Numbered from the stretch's first letter, positions 17,085 through 26,952 are shown. The stretch is 64,000 bases of DNA from Gemmatimonadota bacterium (GCA_011390645.1 JAABRY010000004.1:1608-65607); one strand, 5' to 3'. Numbers and translations: made by a program. Notes: generated from the sequence alone by a model not told the origin.

Positions 17085-17746
17085 TGCCGCGAGAAAGTCG
17101 CGCGGCGAAGCTCGCCCGTGTCGAGCGCATCCTCGCCGCCCTGCACGCCCAGCACCCGGACGCCCATTGCGAACTCGACCATCGCAACGCCTTCGAGTTG
17201 CTCTGCGCAACGATTCTCTCGGCCCAGTGTACTGATGCGCGCGTGAACATGGTGACGCCGGCGCTCTTCGCCCGATTCCCGGATGCCCATGCCCTCGCGG
17301 CCGCGAAGCAGGAGGATGTCGAGGAATTGGTGCGCTCCACGGGCTTCTTCCGCAACAAGGCGAAGTCGCTGATCGGGATGGCGCGTGCCCTGGTCGCCGA
17401 GCATGACGGCGAGGTGCCACGGAGCATGGAGGCGCTTCGGCCGCTCCCAGGTGTGGGACGCAAGACCGCCAACGTCATCCTTGGTAACGCCTTTGGATTG
17501 AACGAGGGGATCACCGTCGATACCCATGTCAAGCGGATTGCCAAGCTGCTTCGGCTCACCCGCTCCGACAATCCGGAGCAGGTGGAACGCGATCTGATGC
17601 CGCTGGTGCCGCGCGATGACTGGACTGTGGTGAGCCATCTCCTGATCTTCCACGGTCGACGGACCTGCATTGCGAATCGGCCGCGGTGTGGGGAGTGTGT
17701 TGTTGCTGATGACTGTCCCAGTAGAGTCGTAGGTCGTAGGTCGTAG
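17084..17746 (+). CDS. nth: endonuclease III
   Basis: HhH-GPD motif (LPGVGRKTANVILG), catalytic region and a 4Fe-4S cluster loop (CIANRPRCGECVVADDC). The ATG shares one base with the polX stop (TGATG). Confidence 0.9.
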   Translation: MPRESRAAKLARVERILAALHAQHPDAHCELDHRNAFELLCATILSAQCTDARVNMVTPALFARFPDAHALAAAKQEDVEELVRSTGFFRNKAKSLIGMARALVAEHDGEVPRSMEALRPLPGVGRKTANVILGNAFGLNEGITVDTHVKRIAKLLRLTRSDNPEQVERDLMPLVPRDDWTVVSHLLIFHGRRTCIANRPRCGECVVADDCPSRVVGRRS

Positions 17747-17857
17747 GTCGTAAGTCTTGTGCAACTAGCCCCCTCGCTGGTTCTCTGGTTTGCGACCTCC
17801 TACGACCTGTGACCTACGACCTACGACATTGAGACCTACGACCTACGACCTACGACC
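17727..17857. repeat. hairpin built from (GTCGTAG)n / (CTACGAC)n arrays
   Basis: Left array 17727-17757 pairs perfectly over 24 bp (17727-17750 with 17833-17856). A second, degenerate right-hand array at 17792-17828 offers alternative pairings. Confidence 0.9.
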
Positions 17858-17875
17858 TTCCAAGGAGCTTTCCGA

Positions 17876-18322
17876 ATGAAGACAGCCACCATCATCACCG
17901 ACCGCGGCACCATCACTGCCGACCTCTTCCCCGATGCCGCCCCCGGCACCGTCGAGAACTTCGAGAAGCTCGCCAACAGCGAGTTCTATGACGGCACGCG
18001 CTTCCACCGGGTCATCAAGAACTTTGTGATCCAGGGCGGCGATCCGCTCTCGAAGGATCCCTCCAATCCGCGCGTCGGCACGGGTGGGCCGGGGTGGAAG
18101 ATCAAGTGCGAGACGGCCGGGAATCCGCACAAGCACAATGCCGGCTCGCTTTCGATGGCGCATGCAGGCAAGGACACCGGCGGGAGCCAGTTCTTCATCG
18201 CCCACTCGCCGCAGCCACACCTCGACGGGGTGCACACCGTGTTCGGTCAGGTGACCGAAGGGCTCGACGTGGTCAATGCGATCAAGCAGGGTGATGTCAT
18301 CACGTCGATTCGGGTGAGCTGA
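17876..18322 (+). CDS. peptidyl-prolyl cis-trans isomerase, cyclophilin type
   Basis: 148 aa with [15 protein letters not shown] and [18 protein letters not shown] motifs. Confidence 0.9.
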   Translation: MKTATIITDRGTITADLFPDAAPGTVENFEKLANSEFYDGTRFHRVIKNFVIQGGDPLSKDPSNPRVGTGGPGWKIKCETAGNPHKHNAGSLSMAHAGKDTGGSQFFIAHSPQPHLDGVHTVFGQVTEGLDVVNAIKQGDVITSIRVS

Positions 18323-18363
18323 GCATCAAAGTCGAACTCGCGCTCCTCTGCGACCACGCGCTC

Positions 18364-18741
18364 GTGGACACGCAAGGCAAGCTCTCGGTGATCGGGATCT
18401 GGCGGCAGGTGATGCTGAGCCAGTTCCCCGGGATCCACCCGCGCGCCACCCTGGTGGTGGTGTTGCGGGGGGGACGCACCGAGGTGGGCAAGCATCGCGT
18501 CGCATTCCGACTGGTGGATACCGACGACACCGTCCTGCTCGAGCACAGCGGCGAGATGCAGTTCACCGAGCCGCCCGCCGGGATCACCGAAGTGGAGGCG
18601 CCGGGGATCGTCGTCTTCGATCTCCCCTTCCAGCGGCCCGGGGCACATGCGATCGTCGTCCAGATTGATGGCAACGAGGCCGCACGTGTGCCGCTGAACG
18701 CGGCCCTCGCGATCGCCCAGTCGTCGTCGGGACTGCACTGA
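18364..18741 (+). CDS. hypothetical protein (DUF6941-like?)
   Basis: The track ORF starts at GTG 18364, but the open frame upstream encodes a plausible N-terminus (IKVELALLCDHAL). See finding at 18319. Confidence 0.55.
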   Translation: MDTQGKLSVIGIWRQVMLSQFPGIHPRATLVVVLRGGRTEVGKHRVAFRLVDTDDTVLLEHSGEMQFTEPPAGITEVEAPGIVVFDLPFQRPGAHAIVVQIDGNEAARVPLNAALAIAQSSSGLH

Positions 18742-18743
18742 CA

Positions 18744-18814
18744 GCGAACGGCGAGCCGCGAGCAGCGAACAGAGGGTGTGCAGCACCGATCGCCGTTCGC
18801 GGCTCGCCGTTCGC
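18744..18814. repeat. 18-bp perfect hairpin with 7-nt periodic arms (GCGAACG/GCGAGCC type)
   Basis: GCGAACGGCGAGCCGCGA at 18744-18761 pairs perfectly with TCGCGGCTCGCCGTTCGC at 18797-18814. The loop is 35 nt. The hairpin starts 3 nt after the stop at 18741. Confidence 0.85.
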
Positions 18815-18844
18815 CGATGACGTCCCTCGCCTTAGCTTTGTGAC

Positions 18845-19438
18845 ATGACCACCCCCACAGACTGGCCCCGGGCACGCGCTGCGGCGCTCCTCGAGGAATG
18901 GACCGACTCGCCGGCGCTGCGCGGGCACATGCGTGCCGTCGAGTTGGTGATGCGTCACCTTGCCCCGCGGTACGGGGGGGATCCCGAGTGGTGGGGCGTC
19001 GTCGGGCTCCTTCATGACTATGACTACGAGCGTTTTCCCAATGATGCGCGGGCCGCCGACGCCGAGCATCCGACGGAGGGCGTGCGCCACTTGCGAAGCC
19101 TCGGCTTTCCGGAGGAGGGGTGCGAGGCGATCCTCGGGCATGCGGAGTTCACCGGGGTGGCGCGCACCACGCCGCTCGCCAAGGTCCTCTTCGCCGCCGA
19201 TGAGTTGGCCGGCTTCGTCGTGGCGTGCGCGCTGGTGCGTCCCTCACGGTCACTCGCCGACCTCGAGGTCGCGTCGGTGAAGAAGAAGCTCAAGGACAAG
19301 GCCTTTGCCCGCGGCGTCAACCGCGACGATGTGCGCAATGGCGCGGAGCAGCTCGGGGTCCCCCTCGACGAGATGATCGCTGAGGTGATTCTCGCCCTGC
19401 GTCCGCACGAACGGGAGCTGGGACTCGGCGGCGTCTGA
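18845..19438 (+). CDS. HD/HDIG-domain metal-dependent phosphohydrolase
   Basis: 197 aa with H..HD motifs (RGHMRAVE, GLLHDYDYE) and downstream His/Asp residues (ILGHAEF, FAADEL). Confidence 0.8.
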   Translation: MTTPTDWPRARAAALLEEWTDSPALRGHMRAVELVMRHLAPRYGGDPEWWGVVGLLHDYDYERFPNDARAADAEHPTEGVRHLRSLGFPEEGCEAILGHAEFTGVARTTPLAKVLFAADELAGFVVACALVRPSRSLADLEVASVKKKLKDKAFARGVNRDDVRNGAEQLGVPLDEMIAEVILALRPHERELGLGGV

Positions 19439-19439
19439 G

Positions 19440-20840
19440 ATGAACGTCCGTCCGGTTCGGATGGGGGCCGACAGCCCGGTCGTCCGCGCGATGGACCGCG
19501 CGTCGGCGGCCCCGGCCATTCCCGGGAACCGCGTCACCCTCCTGTACGATGGCCCCGACACCTTCGCGGCGATGCTCGAGCGCATCGCTGCGGCCCGTTC
19601 GCGCATCCACCTCGAGAACTACATCATCCGCGACGACGCCACGGGGCAGCGCTTTGCGGATGCGCTGATCGCAGCGGCCCGTCGCGGCGTGCGGGTGCGG
19701 GTGCTCTACGATTGGATCGGTTCGTTCACGACCCGCAGGAGCTTCTGGGAGCAGATGCGAGTCGAGGGGGTCGAGGTGCGAGCCTTTGGGCCGCCACGCT
19801 GGGACGATCCGCTGCTGATCTTTGCGCGCGACCATCGCAAGCTCCTCGTGGTCGATGGTGACACCATGGTGGCAGGCGGGCTGTGCCTCGGTGATGAGTG
19901 GGTCGGGGATCCGGAGCGCCGTCGACAGCCATGGCGGGACACCGCCCTTGCCGTCGACGGGCCCGCCGCTCGCGCCGCCGATACGGCGTTTCGGAGGGCG
20001 TGGCAGTTCAGCGGTGCCCCCCCCTTCGACGACGGCGAGGAGCTCCCCTCAGACGTCGCGGCGCAGGGCGACGTCGCGGTGCGTGTGGTGGCGACCGAAC
20101 CGGGGCAGGAACGAAACTTCCGGACCATCGACCTGCTGCTGGGGATCAGTGCCGACCGGATCTGGATCACAGAGGCGTACCTCGCTGCCCCGCAGCGGAT
20201 GTACCAGGCGATCGTGGATGCTGCCCGTGGGGGAGTGGATGTGCGGTTGCTGCTTCCCGGTGCGAGCGACATTCGCGTGGTGCGGAATCTCTCCCGCGTG
20301 GGATACCGGGGGCTGTTGGCGGCCGGTGTCCGGGTATACGAATGGCACGGCCCGATGCTGCATGCCAAGACCTCGGTCATGGATGGCCGATTTCTTCGAG
20401 TGGGCTCGACCAACCTCAATCCCTCCTCGCTGCTGGCGAATTGGGAGTTGGACGTCTTCGTGGATGATGAATCGCTGGCCACCGCCCTCGAGCACCGGTT
20501 TCTTCAGGACCTTTCCCACGCGGGGGAGGTGGTCCGCCGCGTCCGCCGCGTGCCAGGGCTCCCCGCGGCACTCGAGGAGAAGGCCCCCGTCGAGACCGAG
20601 CACCTCCCGACCCACATCCCCTCCCGCCGCGAACGGCGGCGCCAGGCGCTGGTCACCGCAGCCTCGCTGGCGCAGGGGGCCCGGGCGGCGGTCTTCGGTC
20701 CCCTCGCGCTGCTCGCCTTCCTCGCCTCGGCCCTTTTTGTCGCCTTTCCGGTCCCGACGGCCTATGTGGCGGCCCTCGGGACCCTCGCCCTCGGTGGCGC
20801 TTTGGCGGTCCGGGCATTGGGGCATCGTGCCCGCAGCTGA
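19440..20840 (+). CDS. phospholipase D / cardiolipin synthase-like protein
   Basis: Two HKD motifs (HRKLLVVDG and HAKTSVMDGRFLRVGSTNLN) and C-terminal TM segments. Confidence 0.8.
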   Translation: MNVRPVRMGADSPVVRAMDRASAAPAIPGNRVTLLYDGPDTFAAMLERIAAARSRIHLENYIIRDDATGQRFADALIAAARRGVRVRVLYDWIGSFTTRRSFWEQMRVEGVEVRAFGPPRWDDPLLIFARDHRKLLVVDGDTMVAGGLCLGDEWVGDPERRRQPWRDTALAVDGPAARAADTAFRRAWQFSGAPPFDDGEELPSDVAAQGDVAVRVVATEPGQERNFRTIDLLLGISADRIWITEAYLAAPQRMYQAIVDAARGGVDVRLLLPGASDIRVVRNLSRVGYRGLLAAGVRVYEWHGPMLHAKTSVMDGRFLRVGSTNLNPSSLLANWELDVFVDDESLATALEHRFLQDLSHAGEVVRRVRRVPGLPAALEEKAPVETEHLPTHIPSRRERRRQALVTAASLAQGARAAVFGPLALLAFLASALFVAFPVPTAYVAALGTLALGGALAVRALGHRARS

Positions 20841-20867
20841 CCTCAACCTCGCCTCGCGAGGCCGCGT

Positions 20868-21422
20868 ATGACGGGCGTGGACGAGACCGAGCTCGCTGCC
20901 AGGGCTGCCAGCGGCAGTGAGGAGGCTTTCGGTGAACTCGTGGCCCTCCACGCACCGATGGCCCGACGTGTGGCGTACACGATCCTCGAGGACCAGGAGG
21001 ATGCCGATGATGCCGCGCAGGAAGGGTTCCTCTCGGCATGGCAGGCGATCGGGCGCTACGACCCGAAACGGGCGTTCCGGCCCTGGTTGATGCAGATCGT
21101 GGTGAATGCGGCGCGGGACCTCAGGCGTCGAAGGCGGGTACGGGCGGCAGAACCACTCGACAACGTGGCCGCCGCAGCACGGGATGACCCGGCACGGGAT
21201 ATGGGGGCAATGGATCTGGGCGAAAAGCTCAACGCGGCCCTCGCCACCCTGCCCGAACGACAACGGCTCGCCGTGGTGCTCTTCGATGCCGAAGGGTATC
21301 CGCAGGCCGAAATCGCGAAGATGCTCGGGATTCCTGAAGGTACGGTCAAGTCGGATGTGTTTCACGGACGCCGGGCACTGCGCAAGGTGCTCGAAAGCGT
21401 CAAGGAGGAATGGGATGAGTGA
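20868..21422 (+). CDS. ECF-type RNA polymerase sigma factor
   Basis: 184 aa with sigma-70 region 2 (..AQEGFLSAWQAIGRYDPKRAFRPWLMQIVVNAARD) and a region 4 HTH (..YPQAEIAKMLGIPEGTVKSDVFHGRRAL). Confidence 0.85.
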   Translation: MTGVDETELAARAASGSEEAFGELVALHAPMARRVAYTILEDQEDADDAAQEGFLSAWQAIGRYDPKRAFRPWLMQIVVNAARDLRRRRRVRAAEPLDNVAAAARDDPARDMGAMDLGEKLNAALATLPERQRLAVVLFDAEGYPQAEIAKMLGIPEGTVKSDVFHGRRALRKVLESVKEEWDE

Positions 21423-21744
21423 TTTGTCGCCGTTTGATGCCATGCCAGACCCCGTGCTCGGGGCGGCGCTGCGTGATGCCCTGACGTTGCCGCACGACGG
21501 CGCCTTCGTGGCGCGGGTCCGGGCACGCCTCGGCTCGCGTGACCGTGGCTGGGACGACGTCCTCGCCGGCTGGTTCTGGCAAGGGTTGGTGGCGGCCTCG
21601 CTCGTCGCGTTCATGGCGGGCTGGGCGGCGATGTCGCCCGGCACCGTGATGGGCGAGTTGCCGGAGTCGGTCGGGGCGCAGCTCCTCGATGGCGCGCGCC
21701 CGGGCTCCGATCTGCTCCTCACGGCCATGGCGGGGAACCGATGA
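21415..21744 (+). CDS. putative membrane anti-sigma factor
   Basis: 109 aa from ATG 21415, overlapping the sigma stop by 8 nt. It has a single TM (GLVAASLVAFMAGWAAM). The assignment is by position only; there is no zf-HC2 motif. Confidence 0.5.
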   Translation: MSDLSPFDAMPDPVLGAALRDALTLPHDGAFVARVRARLGSRDRGWDDVLAGWFWQGLVAASLVAFMAGWAAMSPGTVMGELPESVGAQLLDGARPGSDLLLTAMAGNR

Positions 21745-22196
21745 CCACCTCACGCACCCGCGCGATGATGTTGCTCGGGCTTGCCTTCGGGTTGGGACTC
21801 TTTGCCGGGGGTGCCGGCATGGCGGTCGCGGCACGGTCTGGCAAGGTCGAAATCGACCGCCGTGGCACCAGCAATCGTGGTGGCGGTCCGGGCTGGATGC
21901 GTGAGCTGGGCCTGAACGACACGCAACGCGACTCGATCATGGGCATTTACCGGCGGGACGGCCAGGGGGTCGATTCCCTGATGCGGAGCATTCGTCCGCA
22001 GACCGACTCGCTCTACGATCTGATTCGGCCCGAGGTGGATGCTCGGCGTGCCGAGACCCGGCGCGAGGTGCGGTTGCTCCTCACGCCGATTCAACAGGAA
22101 AGGTATGACTCGATGGTGCAGGCCTACGATGCCGAACGTCAGAAGATGCGTGAACAGAGCCGCTCTGGTCAGGGAGGTCCGCGTGCGAATCGCTGA
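21741..22196 (+). CDS. Spy/CpxP-family periplasmic protein (LTXXQ motifs)
   Basis: 151 aa with a signal/TM and LNDTQ and LTPIQ motifs. It is overlap-coupled upstream (ATGA). Confidence 0.65.
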   Translation: MTTSRTRAMMLLGLAFGLGLFAGGAGMAVAARSGKVEIDRRGTSNRGGGPGWMRELGLNDTQRDSIMGIYRRDGQGVDSLMRSIRPQTDSLYDLIRPEVDARRAETRREVRLLLTPIQQERYDSMVQAYDAERQKMREQSRSGQGGPRANR

Positions 22197-23496
22197 TCGG
22201 TCGTTCCTGGTGGCGGTGGCTGCCTCTGCGCTCCTCGTGATGCCCGCGGCAGCGCAGGAGGCGCGTGAAGTGACACTGGCCGAGGCGCTCCGTCGCGCCG
22301 AAGTCGTGACGCCGGCCATCATCCAGGCCCGCGGCGCCTTGCGCAGCGCGGAGCTGCAGACGCGCACCAACGTCATGCGCTACATCCCGGAACTGACCTT
22401 CCCGATTCGAGCCGACTACAACGTCTCGACCGGTCAGCAGCGTCTGGACCCGGTGACGGGGCTCCTCATCGGGGGCTCGGTGACCAACCCGTCGTACTCG
22501 GTTGGTGCTCGGGCCAACCTGACGCTTTTTGACGGATTCAACCGCGAGCGCACCCTCTCGGCGTCGCGTTCTCGCGAAGACGCCGCGGACGCGTCGCTGC
22601 GCAGCTCGCTCTTCCAGAGTCGGCTCTCCGTCACCAATGCCTTCTTCGACGTGCTCGCCAACCAGCAGTTGCTGCGCGTCAACGAGGCCGCGGTGGCCCG
22701 TGCACGCCAGCAGCTCGCCGTGGCCACCGCGCGATTCCAGAGCGGTGCCGGCCAGCGCGGTGACTCGCTCACGGCCGTGGTGCAGTTCGGCCAGGCCCGC
22801 CAGCAGTTGCTCACGGCGCAGGCGAACCTCGCGACCGCCGAAGCAGCGCTGGGGCGTCTGATCGGCGAGTCCGGCCGCGTCTCCGCTGCTGAGGATTCGT
22901 CCTTCTATCAGTCCGTCACCGTCCTTGACACCGCCAGTCTGCGCCAGGAGGCGATCGCCGCGTCGCCGGCCGTGCGCAGCGCCGAGGCCACGCTCGATGC
23001 CAACAAGATGGCGCTGCGCGCGTCGCGCTCGGGCTATTGGCCGACGATCACCGCGTCGGCGCAGTCCGACTGGACCGCCAACAAGTTCAACGACTACACG
23101 CTCGAGCCGCGCCGCAACCTGCTCTTCTCGATGAACTTCCAGCCCTGGAGCAACCTCCAGCGGGAGACGCAGATCGAGAACGCCGCGATCACGGTCGACA
23201 ACTCCGAAGCACAGCTCGCCGATCAGCGGCGGCTGGTGGCCTCGCAGTTGACGCAGCAGTTCGCCGCGCTCGCCAACGCGCAGGAGTCGATCGAGGTGGC
23301 CGGCCTCTCGGTGCAGGCCTCTGATGAGAACCTGCGCGTGGTCGAGCAGCGCTACCGCCTCGGCGTCGGCACCATCTTCGAACTCCTGCAGGCGCAAGAG
23401 CAGCTGACGCAGGCGCAGGTGACGGAAATTCAGGCTCGGTTCTCGTACCTGCGTGCCAAGGCGCAGATCGAAGCCCTTCTCGGAAGGACGATCTGA
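22183..23496 (+). CDS. TolC-family outer-membrane efflux protein
   Basis: GTG 22183 is preceded by AGGGAGG and gives a signal peptide ([17 protein letters not shown]). Two repeated alpha/beta halves are typical of the OEP family. Confidence 0.8.
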   Translation: MRIADRSFLVAVAASALLVMPAAAQEAREVTLAEALRRAEVVTPAIIQARGALRSAELQTRTNVMRYIPELTFPIRADYNVSTGQQRLDPVTGLLIGGSVTNPSYSVGARANLTLFDGFNRERTLSASRSREDAADASLRSSLFQSRLSVTNAFFDVLANQQLLRVNEAAVARARQQLAVATARFQSGAGQRGDSLTAVVQFGQARQQLLTAQANLATAEAALGRLIGESGRVSAAEDSSFYQSVTVLDTASLRQEAIAASPAVRSAEATLDANKMALRASRSGYWPTITASAQSDWTANKFNDYTLEPRRNLLFSMNFQPWSNLQRETQIENAAITVDNSEAQLADQRRLVASQLTQQFAALANAQESIEVAGLSVQASDENLRVVEQRYRLGVGTIFELLQAQEQLTQAQVTEIQARFSYLRAKAQIEALLGRTI

Positions 23497-23498
23497 GC

Positions 23499-24260
23499 AT
23501 GGCCAAGGACATCAAGACCACGGCAGAGCGCATGGCGATGTTGCCAGCCGACATCCCCCGGGATGCGGTCATCGTGACGCGCAACCTGAAGCGCGAATAC
23601 GTGATGGGCTCCGAAGTGGTGCGTGCACTCCAGGGTGTGGACATCACCATTCGCCGCAACGAACTCGTGGCGATCATGGGCCCGTCCGGCTCCGGCAAGT
23701 CCACGCTGATGAACATGATCGGCTGCCTCGACACGCCGAGCGAGGGCGAGTACTGGCTCAACGGGCACCGCGTGAGCGAGCTCGACGATGACGCGCTCGC
23801 CCGGATCCGGAACAAGGAAATCGGCTTCGTCTTTCAGACCTTCAACCTGCTGCCCCGTGCCACGGCGCTCGCCAACGTCGAGCTGCCGATGGTGTATGCC
23901 GGCGCGTCGGGCAAGGAGCGTCGGCAGAAGGCCGAGCACGCCCTTGAGCAGGTCGGCCTGGGCAACCGCATGGACCACCGCCCGAACGAACTCTCGGGTG
24001 GCCAGCGGCAGCGCGTGGCCATTGCCCGTGCACTCGTGAACAACCCGTCCATCATCCTCGCCGACGAGCCGACGGGCAACCTCGACTCGGCCACGTCGGT
24101 CGAGATCATGGCGCTCTTCGAGACCCTGCACGATCAGGGTCAGACCATCATCCTCGTGACACACGAACCCGATATCGCCGCGCACGCCAAGCGCCAGATC
24201 GTCCTCCGGGACGGCAAGGTGGAGAGCGACGGCAGCACACTTGTGGAGGTTTCCGCGTGA
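23499..24260 (+). CDS. ABC transporter ATP-binding protein (MacB/LolD type)
   Basis: Walker [10 protein letters not shown], signature [15 protein letters not shown] and Walker [13 protein letters not shown]. Confidence 0.9.
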   Translation: MAKDIKTTAERMAMLPADIPRDAVIVTRNLKREYVMGSEVVRALQGVDITIRRNELVAIMGPSGSGKSTLMNMIGCLDTPSEGEYWLNGHRVSELDDDALARIRNKEIGFVFQTFNLLPRATALANVELPMVYAGASGKERRQKAEHALEQVGLGNRMDHRPNELSGGQRQRVAIARALVNNPSIILADEPTGNLDSATSVEIMALFETLHDQGQTIILVTHEPDIAAHAKRQIVLRDGKVESDGSTLVEVSA

Positions 24261-25624
24261 AGTCCGCCCGTATCGTCCCATTGTTCTTTCTTGCCGTCGC
24301 GTGCTCGGAACCCGAGCCGGCGCCGACCTATCAGGCCGTGCCGGTGCAAACGCGCGACATCATCGTGACGGCGCAGGCGGCGGGCTCGATCCTTCCCGAT
24401 ACCGTGGTCGAGGTCAAGTCGAAGGCTTCAGGCGAGATCCTCGAGTTCAACGTGCAGACCGGTCAGGTGGTCCAGCGTGGCCAGTTGCTGGCGCGCATCG
24501 ATCGTCGCGCCCCGCAGAACCAGTACTCGCAGGCCGAGGCACAGCTCGATGTCGCGCAGGCCCAGTTGCGGAACGCCGAGGCACAGTTGAAGCGCTCGGA
24601 GGAGCTCTTCGCGGCACAGGCGATCACCGAACAGGAGTTCGAGCAGGCCGCCCTCGCCGTGGCCAACTCGCGTGCATCGGTCATCAGTGGCCAGGTGCAG
24701 CTCGAGAACGCGAAGATTGCCCTTGACGACACGGAAGTGCGCGCGCCCATCACCGGCACGCTGATCGCCAAGAACGTCGAGCGCGGTGCGGTCATTTCCT
24801 CGCCGGTGAGCGACGTCGGCGGTGGCACCGCGATGGCCCGCATGGCCGATCTCTCGCTGGTGCAGGTCAAGACCTATGTGGACCAGACCGACATCGGGAA
24901 GATCCGCCCCGGGCTCGAGACCAACGTGCGCGTCGAGGCGTATCCGAACCGTCCGTTTCGTGGCACCGTGCTCAAGATCGAGCCGCAGGCCGATACGATC
25001 TCGAGCGTGGTGATGTTCGCGGTGCTGGTGCGCATCGACAATCGCGAGGGGCTGCTCAAGCCGGGGATGTCGGCCGAGGTGCAGATCTCCGTGGGCGACG
25101 CGATGGGCGTGCTCTCGGTACCGAACGCTGCGCTCCGCACCGAGCGTGACGCACCCTCCGCGGCCAGCGTCCTGGGGATTTCCCCCGAGGACTTCCAGCG
25201 TGAACTGGCACTCGCCAAGGAGGCCTTCACCCCGGCGCCGCCAGCCGCCGATACCGGCGCCACGGCCGCCGCGTTGCCGGCAGCGAACGGCCGGCCGGCC
25301 GGCGCACCGGGCGCGGCTCCGGCCGCGGGTGGGGCGGCGGCACGTGGGGGGCAGGGCGGTCAGGCCGGTGGCAGTCGCCGACCGAACAACGACGCGCTCT
25401 TCGGTGGCACCTACATCGTCTTCGCGATGCGCGAGGGGAAGCCGACACCGGTGTATGTCCGCACTGGGATCACCGACCTCGACTGGTCGGAAGTCCGCAG
25501 TGGCCTGGTCGAGGGTGACTCGGTGATGCTGCTGCCAAGTGCGTCGCTGATTCAGGCCCAGCAGGGGCTGCAGGAGCGCATGAGCCGGAACAGCGGCCTG
25601 CCAGGCCAGGGGGGGGGACGGTAA
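24257..25624 (+). CDS. efflux periplasmic adaptor (HlyD/MacA family), lipoprotein
   Basis: Lipobox (FLAVAC), a coiled-coil hairpin ([21 protein letters not shown]), a beta-barrel domain and a Gly/Ala-rich linker. Confidence 0.85.
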   Translation: MKSARIVPLFFLAVACSEPEPAPTYQAVPVQTRDIIVTAQAAGSILPDTVVEVKSKASGEILEFNVQTGQVVQRGQLLARIDRRAPQNQYSQAEAQLDVAQAQLRNAEAQLKRSEELFAAQAITEQEFEQAALAVANSRASVISGQVQLENAKIALDDTEVRAPITGTLIAKNVERGAVISSPVSDVGGGTAMARMADLSLVQVKTYVDQTDIGKIRPGLETNVRVEAYPNRPFRGTVLKIEPQADTISSVVMFAVLVRIDNREGLLKPGMSAEVQISVGDAMGVLSVPNAALRTERDAPSAASVLGISPEDFQRELALAKEAFTPAPPAADTGATAAALPAANGRPAGAPGAAPAAGGAAARGGQGGQAGGSRRPNNDALFGGTYIVFAMREGKPTPVYVRTGITDLDWSEVRSGLVEGDSVMLLPSASLIQAQQGLQERMSRNSGLPGQGGGR

Positions 25625-25625
25625 C

Positions 25626-26837
25626 ATGATGATCGGCGAAACGATCCGCGTCGCGTTCCAGAGCATTCGCGCGAACAAGCTGCGCGCCATGCTCACGATG
25701 CTCGGCGTGATCATCGGCGTCGCCGCGGTCATCACCGTCGTGGCGATGGGGACCGGCGCGCAGCGCTCGGTCGAGGCACGCATCAACTCCCTCGGCGCGA
25801 ACCTGATCCAGATTCAGGCGGGGCAGGACCGCTTCGCTGGCGTGGCGCGCGAGGGCGGCGCGCCACTGACCACGGACGATGCCGATGCGCTGCTGCGGGA
25901 AGTCTCGTCCATCACCGCGGTGGTCCCCGAGATGTCGCGCAATCAGCAGGTGGTGAGCGGCAACCAGAACATCAACGTGAGTGTCGTCGGTACCACGGCG
26001 AACTACCCCGACGCCCGCAACTACACGATCACCCACGGCGCGATGTTCACCGATGGCGACAACGGTTCCCGTCAGCGCTACGCCGTGGTCGGCTCCGAGG
26101 TCCCGAAGATGCTCGACGTGCCGCCCGCCGCGATCATCGGTCGGACGATCACGATTCGGGCGATTCCGTTCGAGGTGATCGGCGTGCTGAGCGAGAAGGG
26201 CTCCCAGGGATGGCAGAATCCCGACGAGCAGATCCTCATTCCGCTCAACACCGCGCGCTACCGCGTGATGGGCACCGATCGCCTGCGCTCGATTGCGGTG
26301 ACCGTGGCTGAGGACGTTCCGCAGGAACAGGCGATGGTGGACCTCGAGCGCATCATGCGCCGCGAGCACAAGATCCGCCCGGGCGGCGTCAACGACTTCC
26401 AGATCCGTTCGCCGCGCGAGTTCCTCGCCACCGCCGAGGAGACCACCAAGACCTTCTCGGCGCTGCTCCTGTCGATCGCCGGCGTGTCGCTCCTCGTGGG
26501 CGGCATCGGCATCATGAACATCATGCTGGTCTCCGTCACGGAGCGCACCAAGGAGATCGGGATCCGGAAGGCGCTCGGCGCCACCAAGATCGTGATCATG
26601 GGCCAGTTCCTCATCGAGGCCCTCGTGCTCTGCCTGACGGGCGGCGCGCTCGGCATCGTCCTGGGTTGGGTGATGTCGCAGGTGGTCTCCGACAAGCTTG
26701 GCTGGACCACCGAGATCTCGCCCACCGCCGTGATGGTCGCCTTCGGCTTCTCGGCCTTTGTTGGCCTCTTCTTCGGCCTCTGGCCGGCACGTCGCGCCGC
26801 GGGCCTCGATCCGATTCAGGCGCTGCGCTACGAGTGA
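25626..26837 (+). CDS. ABC transporter permease (MacB/FtsX type)
   Basis: 403 aa with an N-terminal TM, a large periplasmic MacB_PCD-like domain and a C-terminal FtsX 3-TM bundle (..TERTKEIGIRKALGA..). Confidence 0.9.
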   Translation: MMIGETIRVAFQSIRANKLRAMLTMLGVIIGVAAVITVVAMGTGAQRSVEARINSLGANLIQIQAGQDRFAGVAREGGAPLTTDDADALLREVSSITAVVPEMSRNQQVVSGNQNINVSVVGTTANYPDARNYTITHGAMFTDGDNGSRQRYAVVGSEVPKMLDVPPAAIIGRTITIRAIPFEVIGVLSEKGSQGWQNPDEQILIPLNTARYRVMGTDRLRSIAVTVAEDVPQEQAMVDLERIMRREHKIRPGGVNDFQIRSPREFLATAEETTKTFSALLLSIAGVSLLVGGIGIMNIMLVSVTERTKEIGIRKALGATKIVIMGQFLIEALVLCLTGGALGIVLGWVMSQVVSDKLGWTTEISPTAVMVAFGFSAFVGLFFGLWPARRAAGLDPIQALRYE

Positions 26838-26856
26838 CGGCGAGCAGCAACAAGGG

Positions 26857-26909
26857 AAACGTGAAAGGTGAAAGGGGCGCCAACGCTGCCCGTTTCACCT
26901 TTCACGTTT
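26857..26909. repeat. 17-bp perfect hairpin from GTGAAAG/GTGAAAC heptamers, followed by (CGTTCAC)x2
   Basis: AAACGTGAAAGGTGAAA at 26857-26873 pairs perfectly with TTTCACCTTTCACGTTT at 26893-26909. It starts about 20 nt after the permease stop. CGTTCAC x2 follows at about 26916-26929. Confidence 0.85.
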
Positions 26910-26952
26910 TGCCCCCGTTCACCGTTCACGCCACACCACTATCTTGGGCCCC

